Positions 7,241 to 17,300 of a DNA stretch of 32,181 nucleotides are shown piece by piece. Each line of letters opens with the position of its first letter. Position 1 is the stretch's first letter. Where the stretch lies: positions 1 to 32,181 of IMG/VR virus record IMGVR_UViG_3300017763_000098. One strand, written 5' to 3'. The DNA is from a virus (taxonomy: Duplodnaviria > Caudoviricetes). Made by a program: the position numbers and the translations under genes. The notes under the pieces were generated by a model that was not told the DNA's origin, did no database searches, and worked only from the letters and a program-made list of their open reading frames with translations.

Positions 7241-7848
7241 ATCAGCCACTGATAGATTTTCTTAGTTTCTTTCTGTCTATGTGAAAGCCCTGTATAACCA
7301 CCGTTAATCTTACGTGTCAGGGTTTTTATCGTATCGTCAGAAACACCTTCATCACATATTTCCCAGAGCTTGTTCCGACTAAAGAACCAAAGCGCCGTTT
7401 CTATTGCATACTCTTTTTCAAGCAAGCTGGGGTCTTGTAGGATCTGGGGCAAGGCCATGTCAGAAGCAAATGCTTTGTGGTTGTCAAAGCCCGTCAGCAT
7501 CAGAAAACCTCTGCCTATGTATTTCTCAGCAGCATCTTCATTATTACCCATGCGCCCCGAATAAACTTTTCTAGCTAATGCTTTAGGATTTCTAGCGTAA
7601 GGTTCTGCGCTCTCTTCTGTAGGAAATCTGCTAGGCCACACGCGCATCATAGCCTCAACGCTGTAATTAAGGTTCTCACGGGTGTATCTAAAGTTTCCTG
7701 ACTCGTGATGCACCTGACCTAGTAAGTGCGCTCCACGCTCAGGGGATAGCTCATAGAAGCCAACAATTCCCTTAGCTGTCTGTCTCCCAAATGCCCCATC
7801 TGGAGTACACCCACAGCGCTCTTGAAGGTGGCGTAATGCATCACTCAT
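7237..7848 (-). CDS. Endolysin, glycoside hydrolase family 19, with short N-terminal peptidoglycan-binding-like segment
   Basis: AHLLGQVHHESG, ENLNYS, YIGRGFLMLTG..N, ALWFF, TRKINGGYTGL..R; N-terminal LQ..G..PDG.FG..T. Confidence 0.93.
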   Translation of the reverse strand: MSDALRHLQERCGCTPDGAFGRQTAKGIVGFYELSPERGAHLLGQVHHESGNFRYTRENLNYSVEAMMRVWPSRFPTEESAEPYARNPKALARKVYSGRMGNNEDAAEKYIGRGFLMLTGFDNHKAFASDMALPQILQDPSLLEKEYAIETALWFFSRNKLWEICDEGVSDDTIKTLTRKINGGYTGLSHRQKETKKIYQWLI

Positions 7849-7937
7849 TTTTTCATTTCCAGATATAAGCGATACACATTAGCACAAGTGTTAATTGTAA
7901 CAGCTGTGAGCAAACAAAGTGCAATAGTAGTGGTCAT
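7845..7937 (-). CDS. 30-aa hydrophobic peptide between holin and endolysin (not in track)
   Basis: MTTTIALCLLTAVTINTCANVYRLYLEMKK; ATGA overlaps at both ends. Confidence 0.65.
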   Translation of the reverse strand: MTTTIALCLLTAVTINTCANVYRLYLEMKK

Positions 7938-8350
7938 TTTTTCATATTCTCCCTAGCTACACCTTTGGATTTCTCGAATGATCTGAGGCCAGAAACGCCT
8001 AAAAGTGATAGCGTCAATGTCATCAGTGATCCTGTATCAAGCTCAAAAAGAACTACGTCAGGATACCAGACAGCTACTACCCAATCTGCTATTGGCATCA
8101 CAAAGAAATTTAGAAATAAGCCTAATGTGCAGCACCATAAGATAGCTGGCCTTGCACCAGCCACAAAAAGGCTAGGGTGCTTGGCGGCTTCTACGTTTGC
8201 TTGTGCTTGAAGTGCAGCATTTTCAGCAGCAAGTTTCTCAGACATTGTAGCGATTTCATGCGCTAGTTTAGCTTTTTGGTCTTTGTCCTCTATTACTTTG
8301 TCGAGAATAGAACTAACCGGATTAATAAGCTTTTCAACAAGACCTAACAT
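7934..8350 (-). CDS. Holin, GTA-type 3-TM family
   Basis: ILDKVIEDKD...N.EAA.H.SLFVAG.RPAI.W...LLG..GLRSFEK.KGV signature; next to the endolysin. Confidence 0.85.
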   Translation of the reverse strand: MLGLVEKLINPVSSILDKVIEDKDQKAKLAHEIATMSEKLAAENAALQAQANVEAAKHPSLFVAGARPAILWCCTLGLFLNFFVMPIADWVVAVWYPDVVLFELDTGSLMTLTLSLLGVSGLRSFEKSKGVARENMKK

Positions 8351-8586
8351 TATGACTTAGCCTCTATCTTAGTGCTACTATTAGACTTTGCAGAGAAGCC
8401 AAAATACGCACCTACAAGGCCACTGAGAGCTAGATACTGTGCCATTAATATGCTGTCAGCTTCTGCCATTTGACCAGGCCACACAACAGTAGCGACTGTC
8501 ACAATACCCATCATTGCCATAGCTAAATAAGCCATAATTCTTTTATTCAGCTGATAGGCTTTTTTGTCTGGAATAAGTTCGTTCAT
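8350..8586 (-). CDS. Two-TM membrane protein (lysis cassette)
   Basis: Hydrophobic segments IMAYLAMAMMGIVTVATVVW and YLALSGLVGAYFGF; TAATG coupling to the holin. Confidence 0.75.
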   Translation of the reverse strand: MNELIPDKKAYQLNKRIMAYLAMAMMGIVTVATVVWPGQMAEADSILMAQYLALSGLVGAYFGFSAKSNSSTKIEAKS

Positions 8587-8699
8587 TTTTTTAAATCCTT
8601 TATTATTTTTCTAATAATATTGAGATCTCTACTGATAATCAGCACATAGCCCTTATCGTTGTAGAGAACGTACTTGAGCTTCCACTGTCGCAGATACAT
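8583..8699 (-). CDS. 38-aa cationic peptide (not in track)
   Basis: MYLRQWKLKYVLYNDKGYVLIISRDLNIIRKIIKDLKK; starts right after the upstream TAA and ends in an ATGA overlap. Confidence 0.65.
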   Translation of the reverse strand: MYLRQWKLKYVLYNDKGYVLIISRDLNIIRKIIKDLKK

Positions 8700-8864
8700 T
8701 TACCGTTCAATTTTTATGCAGATAACTTTGCTGTTTTTAGTTGTGACCAAGATTTTAGAGCGCTTTAAATCAGCCTCACAAGATTGTTCAGTGCTGTGAG
8801 AACTAATATGATAATGCTTTAGCTCACCAGCTGTCGTTAGCATTACCCAGAGCAAGACAAACAT
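8700..8864 (-). CDS. 54-aa protein with hydrophobic N-terminus and two Cys (not in track)
   Basis: MFVLLWVMLTTAGELKHYHISSHSTEQSCEADLKRSKILVTTKNSKVICIKIER; TGATG coupling with the upstream stop. Confidence 0.7.
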   Translation of the reverse strand: MFVLLWVMLTTAGELKHYHISSHSTEQSCEADLKRSKILVTTKNSKVICIKIER

Positions 8865-9322
8865 CAGAAAGATAACCAGCCCATATAGATTGCAAACAGA
8901 TACATGCCGCCAAATAATGCAACAGCAGCAACGACAATAACCGCAACAGTCAGCGCTGCTTCTGCACGTTTCTGACGTTCTAACTGGCGCTGTGCCTCAG
9001 CTGCTTTGCGCTCTTGCCGTATTTCTTTACGGATGTTCTGCAATTCTTGATAGCTGGATAGCCCCCTAGAATTGACGATTAGTTCGCGTAAATTTTCTTC
9101 CGCGTCTTTAGCCGCCATAGCGTCAAAGTAGGTTGCAAGACCTTCTTCATTTGACCCAGCAAATATGCTGTTTTTCTTCTTAGCATGTTTAGCTTTCGCA
9201 TCATCTACACCGTCAAAAAAACTGACAATTTCATTCTTCATTGCATAAAGTTGTTTGCCAGCTTTTATACCGCCTGAGATTGTCGCAAGCGTAGCTGATA
9301 CAGCTGTGATTGGATCAACCAT
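8864..9322 (-). CDS. Coiled-coil protein with C-terminal TM anchor
   Basis: MVDPITAVSA N-terminal helix, charged coiled coil, C-terminal ALTVAVIVVAAVALFGGMYLFAIYMGW. Confidence 0.8.
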   Translation of the reverse strand: MVDPITAVSATLATISGGIKAGKQLYAMKNEIVSFFDGVDDAKAKHAKKKNSIFAGSNEEGLATYFDAMAAKDAEENLRELIVNSRGLSSYQELQNIRKEIRQERKAAEAQRQLERQKRAEAALTVAVIVVAAVALFGGMYLFAIYMGWLSF

Positions 9323-9323
9323 C

Positions 9324-9524
9324 TTAGACTACTTGAATAAGAACCGTAGCCAGCATCAACATAATTGCACCGCTAGCACCTATGATAATACTTTGAATTA
9401 GTTTTATACGCCCGTACAAATCCTTATGCTGTAGTTTCACAATTGTCGAAAGCTCTAGTAAGTTCATAGATAGTTCGTCTATACGCTTGTGAGCGCTTGC
9501 TACTGTGCGTTTATCATCCATCAT
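9324..9524 (-). CDS. Small coiled-coil plus C-terminal TM protein (XhlA/holin-like architecture)
   Basis: AHKRIDEL... followed by IIIGASGAIMLMLATVLI; first gene of the lysis region. Confidence 0.7.
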   Translation of the reverse strand: MMDDKRTVASAHKRIDELSMNLLELSTIVKLQHKDLYGRIKLIQSIIIGASGAIMLMLATVLIQVV

Positions 9525-9844
9525 GCTAACTCAGGTGTTATGTCGATTGCTATTGATCCGTCATTCGGAAACGTTTCAATTCCACCATCCGCAAAAGTAA
9601 CTTGAAACTCAGCTTGGAAACTGCCAGCTGTAGAAGTGTCTCCAGTTTGCCATACGTATTTAACACTTCCAGAAGCAGCAACTAGAATAGTTGCATCTGA
9701 GGTAACAGAAGCACTTGCTGCGCCTATCCGTCTCATATGAAATCTTACAGAAGCTCCAGTTATATCCCTGGCATTACCTGACCCATCTTTTAGAGTCGCG
9801 GCTATCTGTGGACTTGTATCGTTTTGCTTAATATTAAAAGCCAT
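9521..9844 (-). CDS. BppU-N-like Ig-fold virion structural protein
   Basis: F.IKQNDT.P...L.D..G...DITGA.V.F...G.V.Y.W...DT...G.F.AEF.VTF.DG..ETFP motif. Confidence 0.7.
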   Translation of the reverse strand: MAFNIKQNDTSPQIAATLKDGSGNARDITGASVRFHMRRIGAASASVTSDATILVAASGSVKYVWQTGDTSTAGSFQAEFQVTFADGGIETFPNDGSIAIDITPELA

Positions 9845-9846
9845 TA

Positions 9847-11109
9847 TTATACCTCTGAAACTGTGACTGAATTTCTAGACGTAGCTGATGGAACGTCAGC
9901 TGTATTTTTGCTTGTATCTCCAAACTCAACAATGCTTAACGTTCCAACATTTAGAAGCAGAGTAGGAATTGAAACACTACCAGTTTCTACACTATTAAAA
10001 GTAAAGACCTGATCTTGCGTTGCAGCAAATGAGCTTACATCTGGAGCACCAGCTACGACGTCAGCAAACGTTATGTTGCTGAGAATACTTGTAACGTTAT
10101 AAGCGCCTACTACTGGAGCGCCAGCAGTAACATTACTGAATGTAAAGTTATGGTTTTGAGTAAAGCTAAAGCTTGCAATATCTGGCGAACCAGAAGCAAC
10201 GTTAGTGAATACAAATGTTTCATCTTCAGCTGCTGAGAAGGTTGGCACTGCTGGAGAGCCAGTTACCACATTATTAAATGTAAAGCTGTGAGTTTGTGTG
10301 ACTGCAAAGTTGTCTGCAACAGGATTACCAGAAGTAACGCCCGTCAGAACAAAAGCGTCAGACAGAGCAATAGTTGTGCTTCCGATTGTTGGAGAGCCAG
10401 CTGTAACATTATTAAAAGTAAGTGAGTGATTTAGTGTAAGTGCATAGTTATCAACTGCTGGTGAGCCAGCCACAACATTGCTGAAAACAAATGTTTCATC
10501 TTCTGCTGCTGTAAAGCTTGGAACTACTGGAGAGCCAGTTGTAACACCGTTAAAAGTAAATGAATGATTTTGTGTTAGTGCATAGTTAGCAATTGCTGGT
10601 GAGCCAGCTGTAACATTGCCAACCGCTATAATCTGAGCTTGGGTTAGTGCTAGATTGTCAACTACTGGAGCGCCAGTATAAACGTTCTCAGAAACTAATG
10701 TTTCACGCTCTGCACAATTAAAGTTTTGTACAATAGGAGCACCAGCTACAACGTTACTAAAAGTAAAGCTGTGATTTTGTGTCAGCGCAAAGCTGGCGAC
10801 AACTGGTGGCGCTGTTGCAATGTTGAGTGTGGTAAGAGCGTGTGTTTGCGTAAAGCTTAGATTTTCTATCTGGGGAGAGCCAACACCGACACCATTAAAT
10901 GTAATAGCACTGGTAACGCTTACAGCAGTATTCTCTACAACTGGAGCGCCAGTTACAACATCACTAAAAGTAAAATTGTGGACTACAGTAGCAGAGAAAT
11001 TATCAACTACTGGAGCGCCTGTAACAATGCTACTAGGAGTAATATTGACAACATTTACCGTTACATCATCCGCAATGGGCGCTGATGCAATGGGAGAAAA
11101 TCCAAACAT
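9847..11109 (-). CDS. Repeat-rich virion fibre protein (420 aa)
   Basis: 16 copies of a ~23-aa unit F..V..G(S/A)P.V..F; rich in T/S/V/A/N; inside the structural operon. Confidence 0.8.
   Translation of the reverse strand: MFGFSPIASAPIADDVTVNVVNITPSSIVTGAPVVDNFSATVVHNFTFSDVVTGAPVVENTAVSVTSAITFNGVGVGSPQIENLSFTQTHALTTLNIATAPPVVASFALTQNHSFTFSNVVAGAPIVQNFNCAERETLVSENVYTGAPVVDNLALTQAQIIAVGNVTAGSPAIANYALTQNHSFTFNGVTTGSPVVPSFTAAEDETFVFSNVVAGSPAVDNYALTLNHSLTFNNVTAGSPTIGSTTIALSDAFVLTGVTSGNPVADNFAVTQTHSFTFNNVVTGSPAVPTFSAAEDETFVFTNVASGSPDIASFSFTQNHNFTFSNVTAGAPVVGAYNVTSILSNITFADVVAGAPDVSSFAATQDQVFTFNSVETGSVSIPTLLLNVGTLSIVEFGDTSKNTADVPSATSRNSVTVSEV
9955..11045 (-). repeat. Degenerate coding tandem repeat, ~69-nt period, 16 units
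   Basis: Recurrent tggagcgcc/tggagagcc/tggtgagcc on the + strand about 69 nt apart (e.g. ~10114 and ~10183). Confidence 0.8.
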
Positions 11110-11119
11110 GGATTAGGTA

Positions 11120-11386
11120 TTACTCACCGCTGTCATCGTCTGTTGGCTCTACATAGTCAGCATTAGCTGTCCATTTTTTGCCATTGTAGCAATACTTGTT
11201 TCCAATCCAATCATCAGGAGTATCAGCAACGTCTGCATAGACTGTAGTATTAGCGTCATTTAGATCACCAATAATAAACTGTACTGGATCACCGACTGTA
11301 ATATTGGCTGCTGTTGACTCAACAGTTACATCGTCAGCGATTGCATATTTAGAAATGTTGTTTTCAGTTTCTACTATAATTTTCAT
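11120..11386 (-). CDS. Small acidic protein, possible fibre partner/assembly factor
   Basis: Directly downstream of the giant fibre gene; C-terminal PDDWIGNKYCYNGKKWTAN resembles fibre-associated small proteins. Confidence 0.65.
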   Translation of the reverse strand: MKIIVETENNISKYAIADDVTVESTAANITVGDPVQFIIGDLNDANTTVYADVADTPDDWIGNKYCYNGKKWTANADYVEPTDDDSGE

Positions 11387-11389
11387 TTA

Positions 11390-14300
11390 CTATCCTTTCA
11401 CGATTAATTTTGATGCTGATAAAGCCGTACCTGCAATTACAGATGGACTGTCGGCTGTAGTACTTAGTGTTCCGTCATTCTGCACATAATAAAGCTGCCC
11501 TGCTGTCAGTCCACTTTGTGCATCATCTGTTGCCCCTGCAACTTGTATCGTAGCAGTTGCACCGTCTGCATAAGCTGCATCAGAAACGCCAATATAGTTT
11601 GTCGCTGTTAGGTTGTTTTGACTGAAAGCATTTGTAACTACGACATAGCGCCCTTCATTATCACTCTGACCACTTTCATTATAATAGATAACAAATTTAC
11701 CGTCGTTCGTTTCGCGTGCTCCAAGGTACTGCATAGGATTACCCATGCTAACTTCACTACCAATGTTAGTTATTGCGCTTCCATTGAATTTAAAAGTTTT
11801 GTATTTTGCAGCAGAAGAAACTTGATATGCAACAAGAAAAGTCTGACTTAAAGGATCATATCTTGCAACGGTTTCATAAGAAGTTGAGGAATAAAGTGAT
11901 GATCCAGAGAGCAGACTTGGAGTAGTGCCAGAAATGCTTACACCTCTAGCTATAATATTTGAATTATCTTCTACATAAGAAATAACGCATTTTTGGTTTG
12001 TATCGTCATACATAACACTAGGACTTTTAATACGGACAGTTTGACCAGTTAACTTTGCTATTTGTACAGCAGTTCCAAAGCTTATTGACGTACCGCTTAC
12101 CGTTCCAACGCGAATATATGAAAGACCATATGACCCGTTTGTTTCCCAAGGATCAGCAGAAACTAAAACTACTTTCCCTGCTGAAGCATCATAACCTAGT
12201 GCCATGGTGTAGGTATTGCCCTGACTTATAGCAGTAGCACTCCCAAAACTAATAGACGTACCCGAAACAGTTCCAACTGCGACCTTACCAAGCGCATTAG
12301 AGTAGTACCCAACAATGACTTTATTATTTGCAGTATCATAGGCAAGAGTAGGATTTTCACTTATTGCACTACTTTCTACAACAACGTTTGATCCAAAACT
12401 TACAGTGTTATTAGAAGGATCGACCGTCCCAACTTTGGCAGTGACATAGTTACTGTTATCATTATCTCTAAAAACTACAATAATTTTAGAATTATCAGGA
12501 TCATAAATTCCACTGAAATGTGAACCGGAATTAGTACCGTTTACTGCTGTTTCTGTCAAACTTCCAACCGTATTACCTGAGATAGTTCCCACTACTGCGG
12601 TTATGCGGTTATACCAACCATCATTAGTTAAAAAGATCACTCTATTATTTGTAGAGTCGTAAACGATACCTTCATTTGAGTGCATACCCACACCGTAAAC
12701 ATAACCAGAACCCTGACTACCGCCTGTCCATCTATTACCACCATAATATACAGCCTCTGTTCCAGCCGATGCGCTTTGTTGGGTTGCAGCAATTGCACTA
12801 ACTGTTCCATCTGCATTTACACAAACTTTAGTACCATCAGATAACGCACCATTAGCAACAACTTGTGTTGTGTTTGGCTTCTCAATTGGCTGTCCAGATT
12901 TAACAAGTAACTTTGTTGCAGAGATAGCTGTACCTGCGACAACGGAAGGTGAGCTAGGAGTAAGCCCGATACCGCCAGTGCTTTGAACAAAGTAAGTTTG
13001 TGCAGGTGTTAAACTTGATTGAGCATCATCTACTGACCCTGCGGTTTGAATAGTTGCAGTAGCACCATTGCTGTAAGCTCCATCAGATACACCTAAAAAG
13101 TTTTCATCTGTAAGGTTTGTTGATCCGTCAAATGGGCTTTGTACTACAACAGCTTGCGCTTGACTATCACTGTCATTCTTAAAGATTACCAAAAATTTAT
13201 TAGCAGTTGTATCATAAGTTACCCATCTTGTACTATAAGCTTCTAATTGATCTGAACTACTTAAAATTGTGCTTGCAGACCCTACTGTTGCACTTGTACC
13301 CGACACAGTTACAGGAAAATAAACAGTATCATTTAAAGAGGCTGTCCATCTACGGTAAAACAACGCTATATTTTGATTGTCTGGATCATAAACAATAGTT
13401 TTTGAATTGGAGTTATGATCAACAAAGCCAGTAATTTTTGACCCAAAACTGATACTTGTGCCCGAAACAGTCCCCACTTGCAATGTTTGAGCTTCACTGT
13501 TGTTATAATCCTCATAAGCGACAACTACTTTATTAGCATTAACGTCATAAGCTACTCTAGGGTCATCAGACCTATCAGAATTAAAGTAAGTTGTACTACC
13601 TATAGAAAGTGAGTTGGAACTGTTTGATACAGTAAGAACTTTAGCTGCACCATAGAGACTATTAGCATTATCTCTGAAAACAAGTACAACTTTGTTACTG
13701 CCACTGTCAAAAGCCATATGATGACCATATGCAGCACTGTTAATTGTTTGCGCTGATCCGCTTGTAATTGTGGTTCCTGAGACTGTACCAACAACAGTTT
13801 CTAGTCTATATGATTGATCAAAATTGATTGCAGCAAAGACAAATCTATTTTCATTGCTATCAAAGACAACATCACACATTCCTGGTTGAAAACTTGCTAA
13901 ATTCTTTGCTCCTCCTACCGTAATAGTTGTGCCTGACACCGTCATAGCTTTTGCGCCCCAATAAAAGGGATTCCCTTGTTTTCGGTAACTACAGACAACA
14001 GCTTGTGAATTGGGATCATAAGCAGTAGCAAGATAATCAATAGTGTGAGAACTTTCGAAGGTAACTTGGTTTGCAAACGTAACAGACGTTCCTGAGATTG
14101 TTCCTAGTGCAGCATAGGTAGTATTGCTGCTGCTATCTCGGTATACAGCGACTATCTTGTTTATTCCAGAATGATAAACTGCTGTAGGATCATTAGCTAT
14201 ACTACTAGAGTAAACAGTTGCAGGAGTACCAACAGCAAAAGCTTGTGTACTATCTGCGACAACACTAACTGTTCCATCTGAGTTAAGAACAACCATGTCT

Positions 14301-17300
14301 CCGTTTGCTAATGCTCCTGATGCTGTAGCTGTAATACTACCTGCCCCTGTCGCATCATCTGTCCAAGCATAATCTGAACCATTGTAACTTAGAACTTGCC
14401 CACTAGATGCTCCACTTAGATTGAGGTGTGCATCTACTTGAGTATTTGTATAACTTGCAGGATTAGTATCAGGATTTATTGATAATTGAGTTGCACTAAG
14501 AGCCGTACCTGCCATTACTGCAATTGTATCAGGGCTTGTTCCTAATGATCCATCAGCTTGAACATAATAACTCTGACCTGCTGTAAGACCACTTTGAGCG
14601 TCATCAACTGCCCCTGCAATCTGCACTGTAGCCGTTGCACCATCTGCATACGCAGCATTTGAAACACCAATGAAGTTTTCTGAGGTGAGTGATCTTGTTA
14701 CTGAAAAAGCATTTTGAATAATTATTGCTGTACCTTTATTGGAATTACCATCATCTCTGTATGCCGCAATCATACGTTTACTATTGGAGTCGTAAGCAAT
14801 GTGAGGGTAGTCAGAAGTTCCAGAATTTAAGGTAAATTCTGCGCCAACAGTAAATGTTGTTCCGCTTAAAGTAATTCTATTTGCCACCAAAGAGCTGCCA
14901 ATATTTTTTTCATACACAGCGACTAATACTTCTGCATTGGCATCATAATCTATTTCAATTCTGTTTATATCCGCAGAATTTAAAGATTGTTCACTACCAA
15001 AAGAAACACTTGTGCCACTGATAGTAGCTGCTCTTATTCTTCCTAAACCTCCCAGACCATCATCAGAGAAAGCAATTACAACTTTCTGTGCGCTTGCGTC
15101 ATACGTTGAGTCTAAATAAGCAGTAGAACCACTATTAAATTCTACCTCTGTACCAAAGCTTACTGACGTTCCGCTGATAGTAGCGACCCTACATTTTCCA
15201 TATTGTGATGCACCTCTATAAGAAATAAGGAATTTTTGAGCGTTAGCATCATAGACAGGTCTAGGGGACATAGTACCATCATCATTAGAGATTCGTGCAT
15301 TTGTCCCTGCTGATATAGTTCCACCACTTACAGAAATTACACGTGCGTTAATTTTATAACTATCATTTGCATCACTATAGCATAGCAAAAACTTTCCATT
15401 AACTGTGTCATAGTCAACTTCAGCATATGCCCCTCTCGCTACATTTTGCTCTGATCCAAAACTAACGCTTGTGCCACTGACAGTCGCTATTACAGCATTG
15501 CAATTACCATTATTTGTTTCATCTAAATAGAAACACACAATTGAACTTGATGCAGTATGATAAGCTGCATTAATCCAAGATGTTGCACCTGTGTTAAAAA
15601 CAGAAGGTGTTCCAAAAGAAATTGTAGTTCCACTAATTGTTCCGACTACTGCTGTACCATATTCACTATTCGATTGATCTTGATAGAAAAGAACTATTTT
15701 TCCTGAACCTGGATCGGTTACCGAAGACATATATCTTGAGCCAGAAGTTCCCGTGTTAAAAACTGTTTCTGAACCTATAGCATCACTTACGCTTTGTGTG
15801 CCAATCGCACTTACAGTGCCGTCTGCATTGATGATTACCATATCACCATTTGCTAGTGCACCTGCCGCTGTACCATTTAACGATGGTGATGTACTGTCAT
15901 TTGTCCAAGCATAATCACTTCCGTTCCAACTTAATACTTGCCCAGAAGAAGCACCACTTACATTAAGATGACTATCAACGTCACTATTTGTATAGCTTGT
16001 TATTGTTGGGTCACTATCTGGATTTATCAGTAATTTAGTCGCAGAAATCGCTGTACCTGCTACCACTGAAATCGTATCTGGTGTCGTTGACAAACCTCCA
16101 GTTGCAGCTTGCACATAATAAGTCTGCCCTGCTGTCAAACCACTTTGAGCATCATCTACCGAACCTGCCGTTTGGATTGTCGCTGTAGCACCATTAGCGT
16201 AAGCACCGTCAGATATACCTATAAAATTTTCCGCTGTTAGTGTAGCACCTCCAGTCGTGGGCGTACGCCAAACAACAGCCTCACCATCATAGCTATTGTC
16301 ACTATCTTGATCTGTAAAAGCAAATATAATTCTATCATTTGAAGAGTCATAAGCTAATGGATTGTGTCCTGAGTTCTTTTGAGTAGTGCCTAAATTGGCA
16401 GGTGTACTAAAGCTTACACTTGTTCCTGAGATAGTCGCATATGCGTATCTTTTATTATATGGTGAAGCATCCTTTCCATAAACAACAAGTATCTTTTTTG
16501 AAGTTGGATCGTATATTGCGTTTGGAGTATTTCCTTTGGCACTTTCAATATGGGTTATACTACCAAAAGAAATACTATTTCCACTACTTGCTACTGTTCC
16601 AACAAAACCTCCCAAATATTCAGTAGCACCCACCTCATCTTGCATGAGTAACAACATTTTTCCAGAGTTTGTATCGTAGGTAAGATCAACATCTTCACCT
16701 TGTCGTAAATTTACTGCAGCCGCCATGCCAATATGTTGTTGTGTAATTGTACCTACGGCAGTAGCAACTTGCGTTGGGCTAACATCATCTCTACGAAACG
16801 CATAAACTACCCTTGCATTTACTGGATCATATTCAACTTTATTATGAAAAGTAGCACCATTGTGAGAATAAGTTGGACTTGAAAAAGAAATTGAGGTTCC
16901 ACTAACACTTCCAACTGAGGTAAATCCTTTATTACTTGTTCCACGATATGACATAATTATTTGGGAATTACCTGAGTCATAAGCAAAATCATGGAAATAA
17001 TGATATGTACCAGTTCCGTGCGTGGTTGCTGATCCAACGCTAAGACTTCCATTAGCCGCTAATGTAATTACTTTTGTTTTTCCTGCACCGCTATCACCCC
17101 AATCTCCAAAAGCAACAACAATTTTTTCGCTAACAGGATCATATATAGTAGCAATTTGTTTAGAATTTGAAGAATGTAAAGTAGTTTTGGTTCCAAAGCT
17201 GATTGTTTCACCAGAAACCGTTCCAACAACACCAGTCAAATAATAGCTATTATTTAGTCTGTCAGAATAGATAATTACTATTTTATTTAATGCTGCATGA

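Noticed and set aside
7845-8864. Cys-containing small ORFs as o-spanin lipoproteins
   Set aside because: No canonical lipobox (L-A/S-G/A-C) after a signal peptide in the 30-aa or 54-aa peptides
9847-11109. CRISPR-like array suggested by the ~69-nt periodicity
   Set aside because: Repeats are degenerate at DNA level, conserved at protein level and lie in one open frame
11393-16240. Diversity-generating retroelement TR/VR pair among the repeated caps
   Set aside because: No reverse transcriptase in the window; differences between copies are mostly synonymous and not adenine-specific
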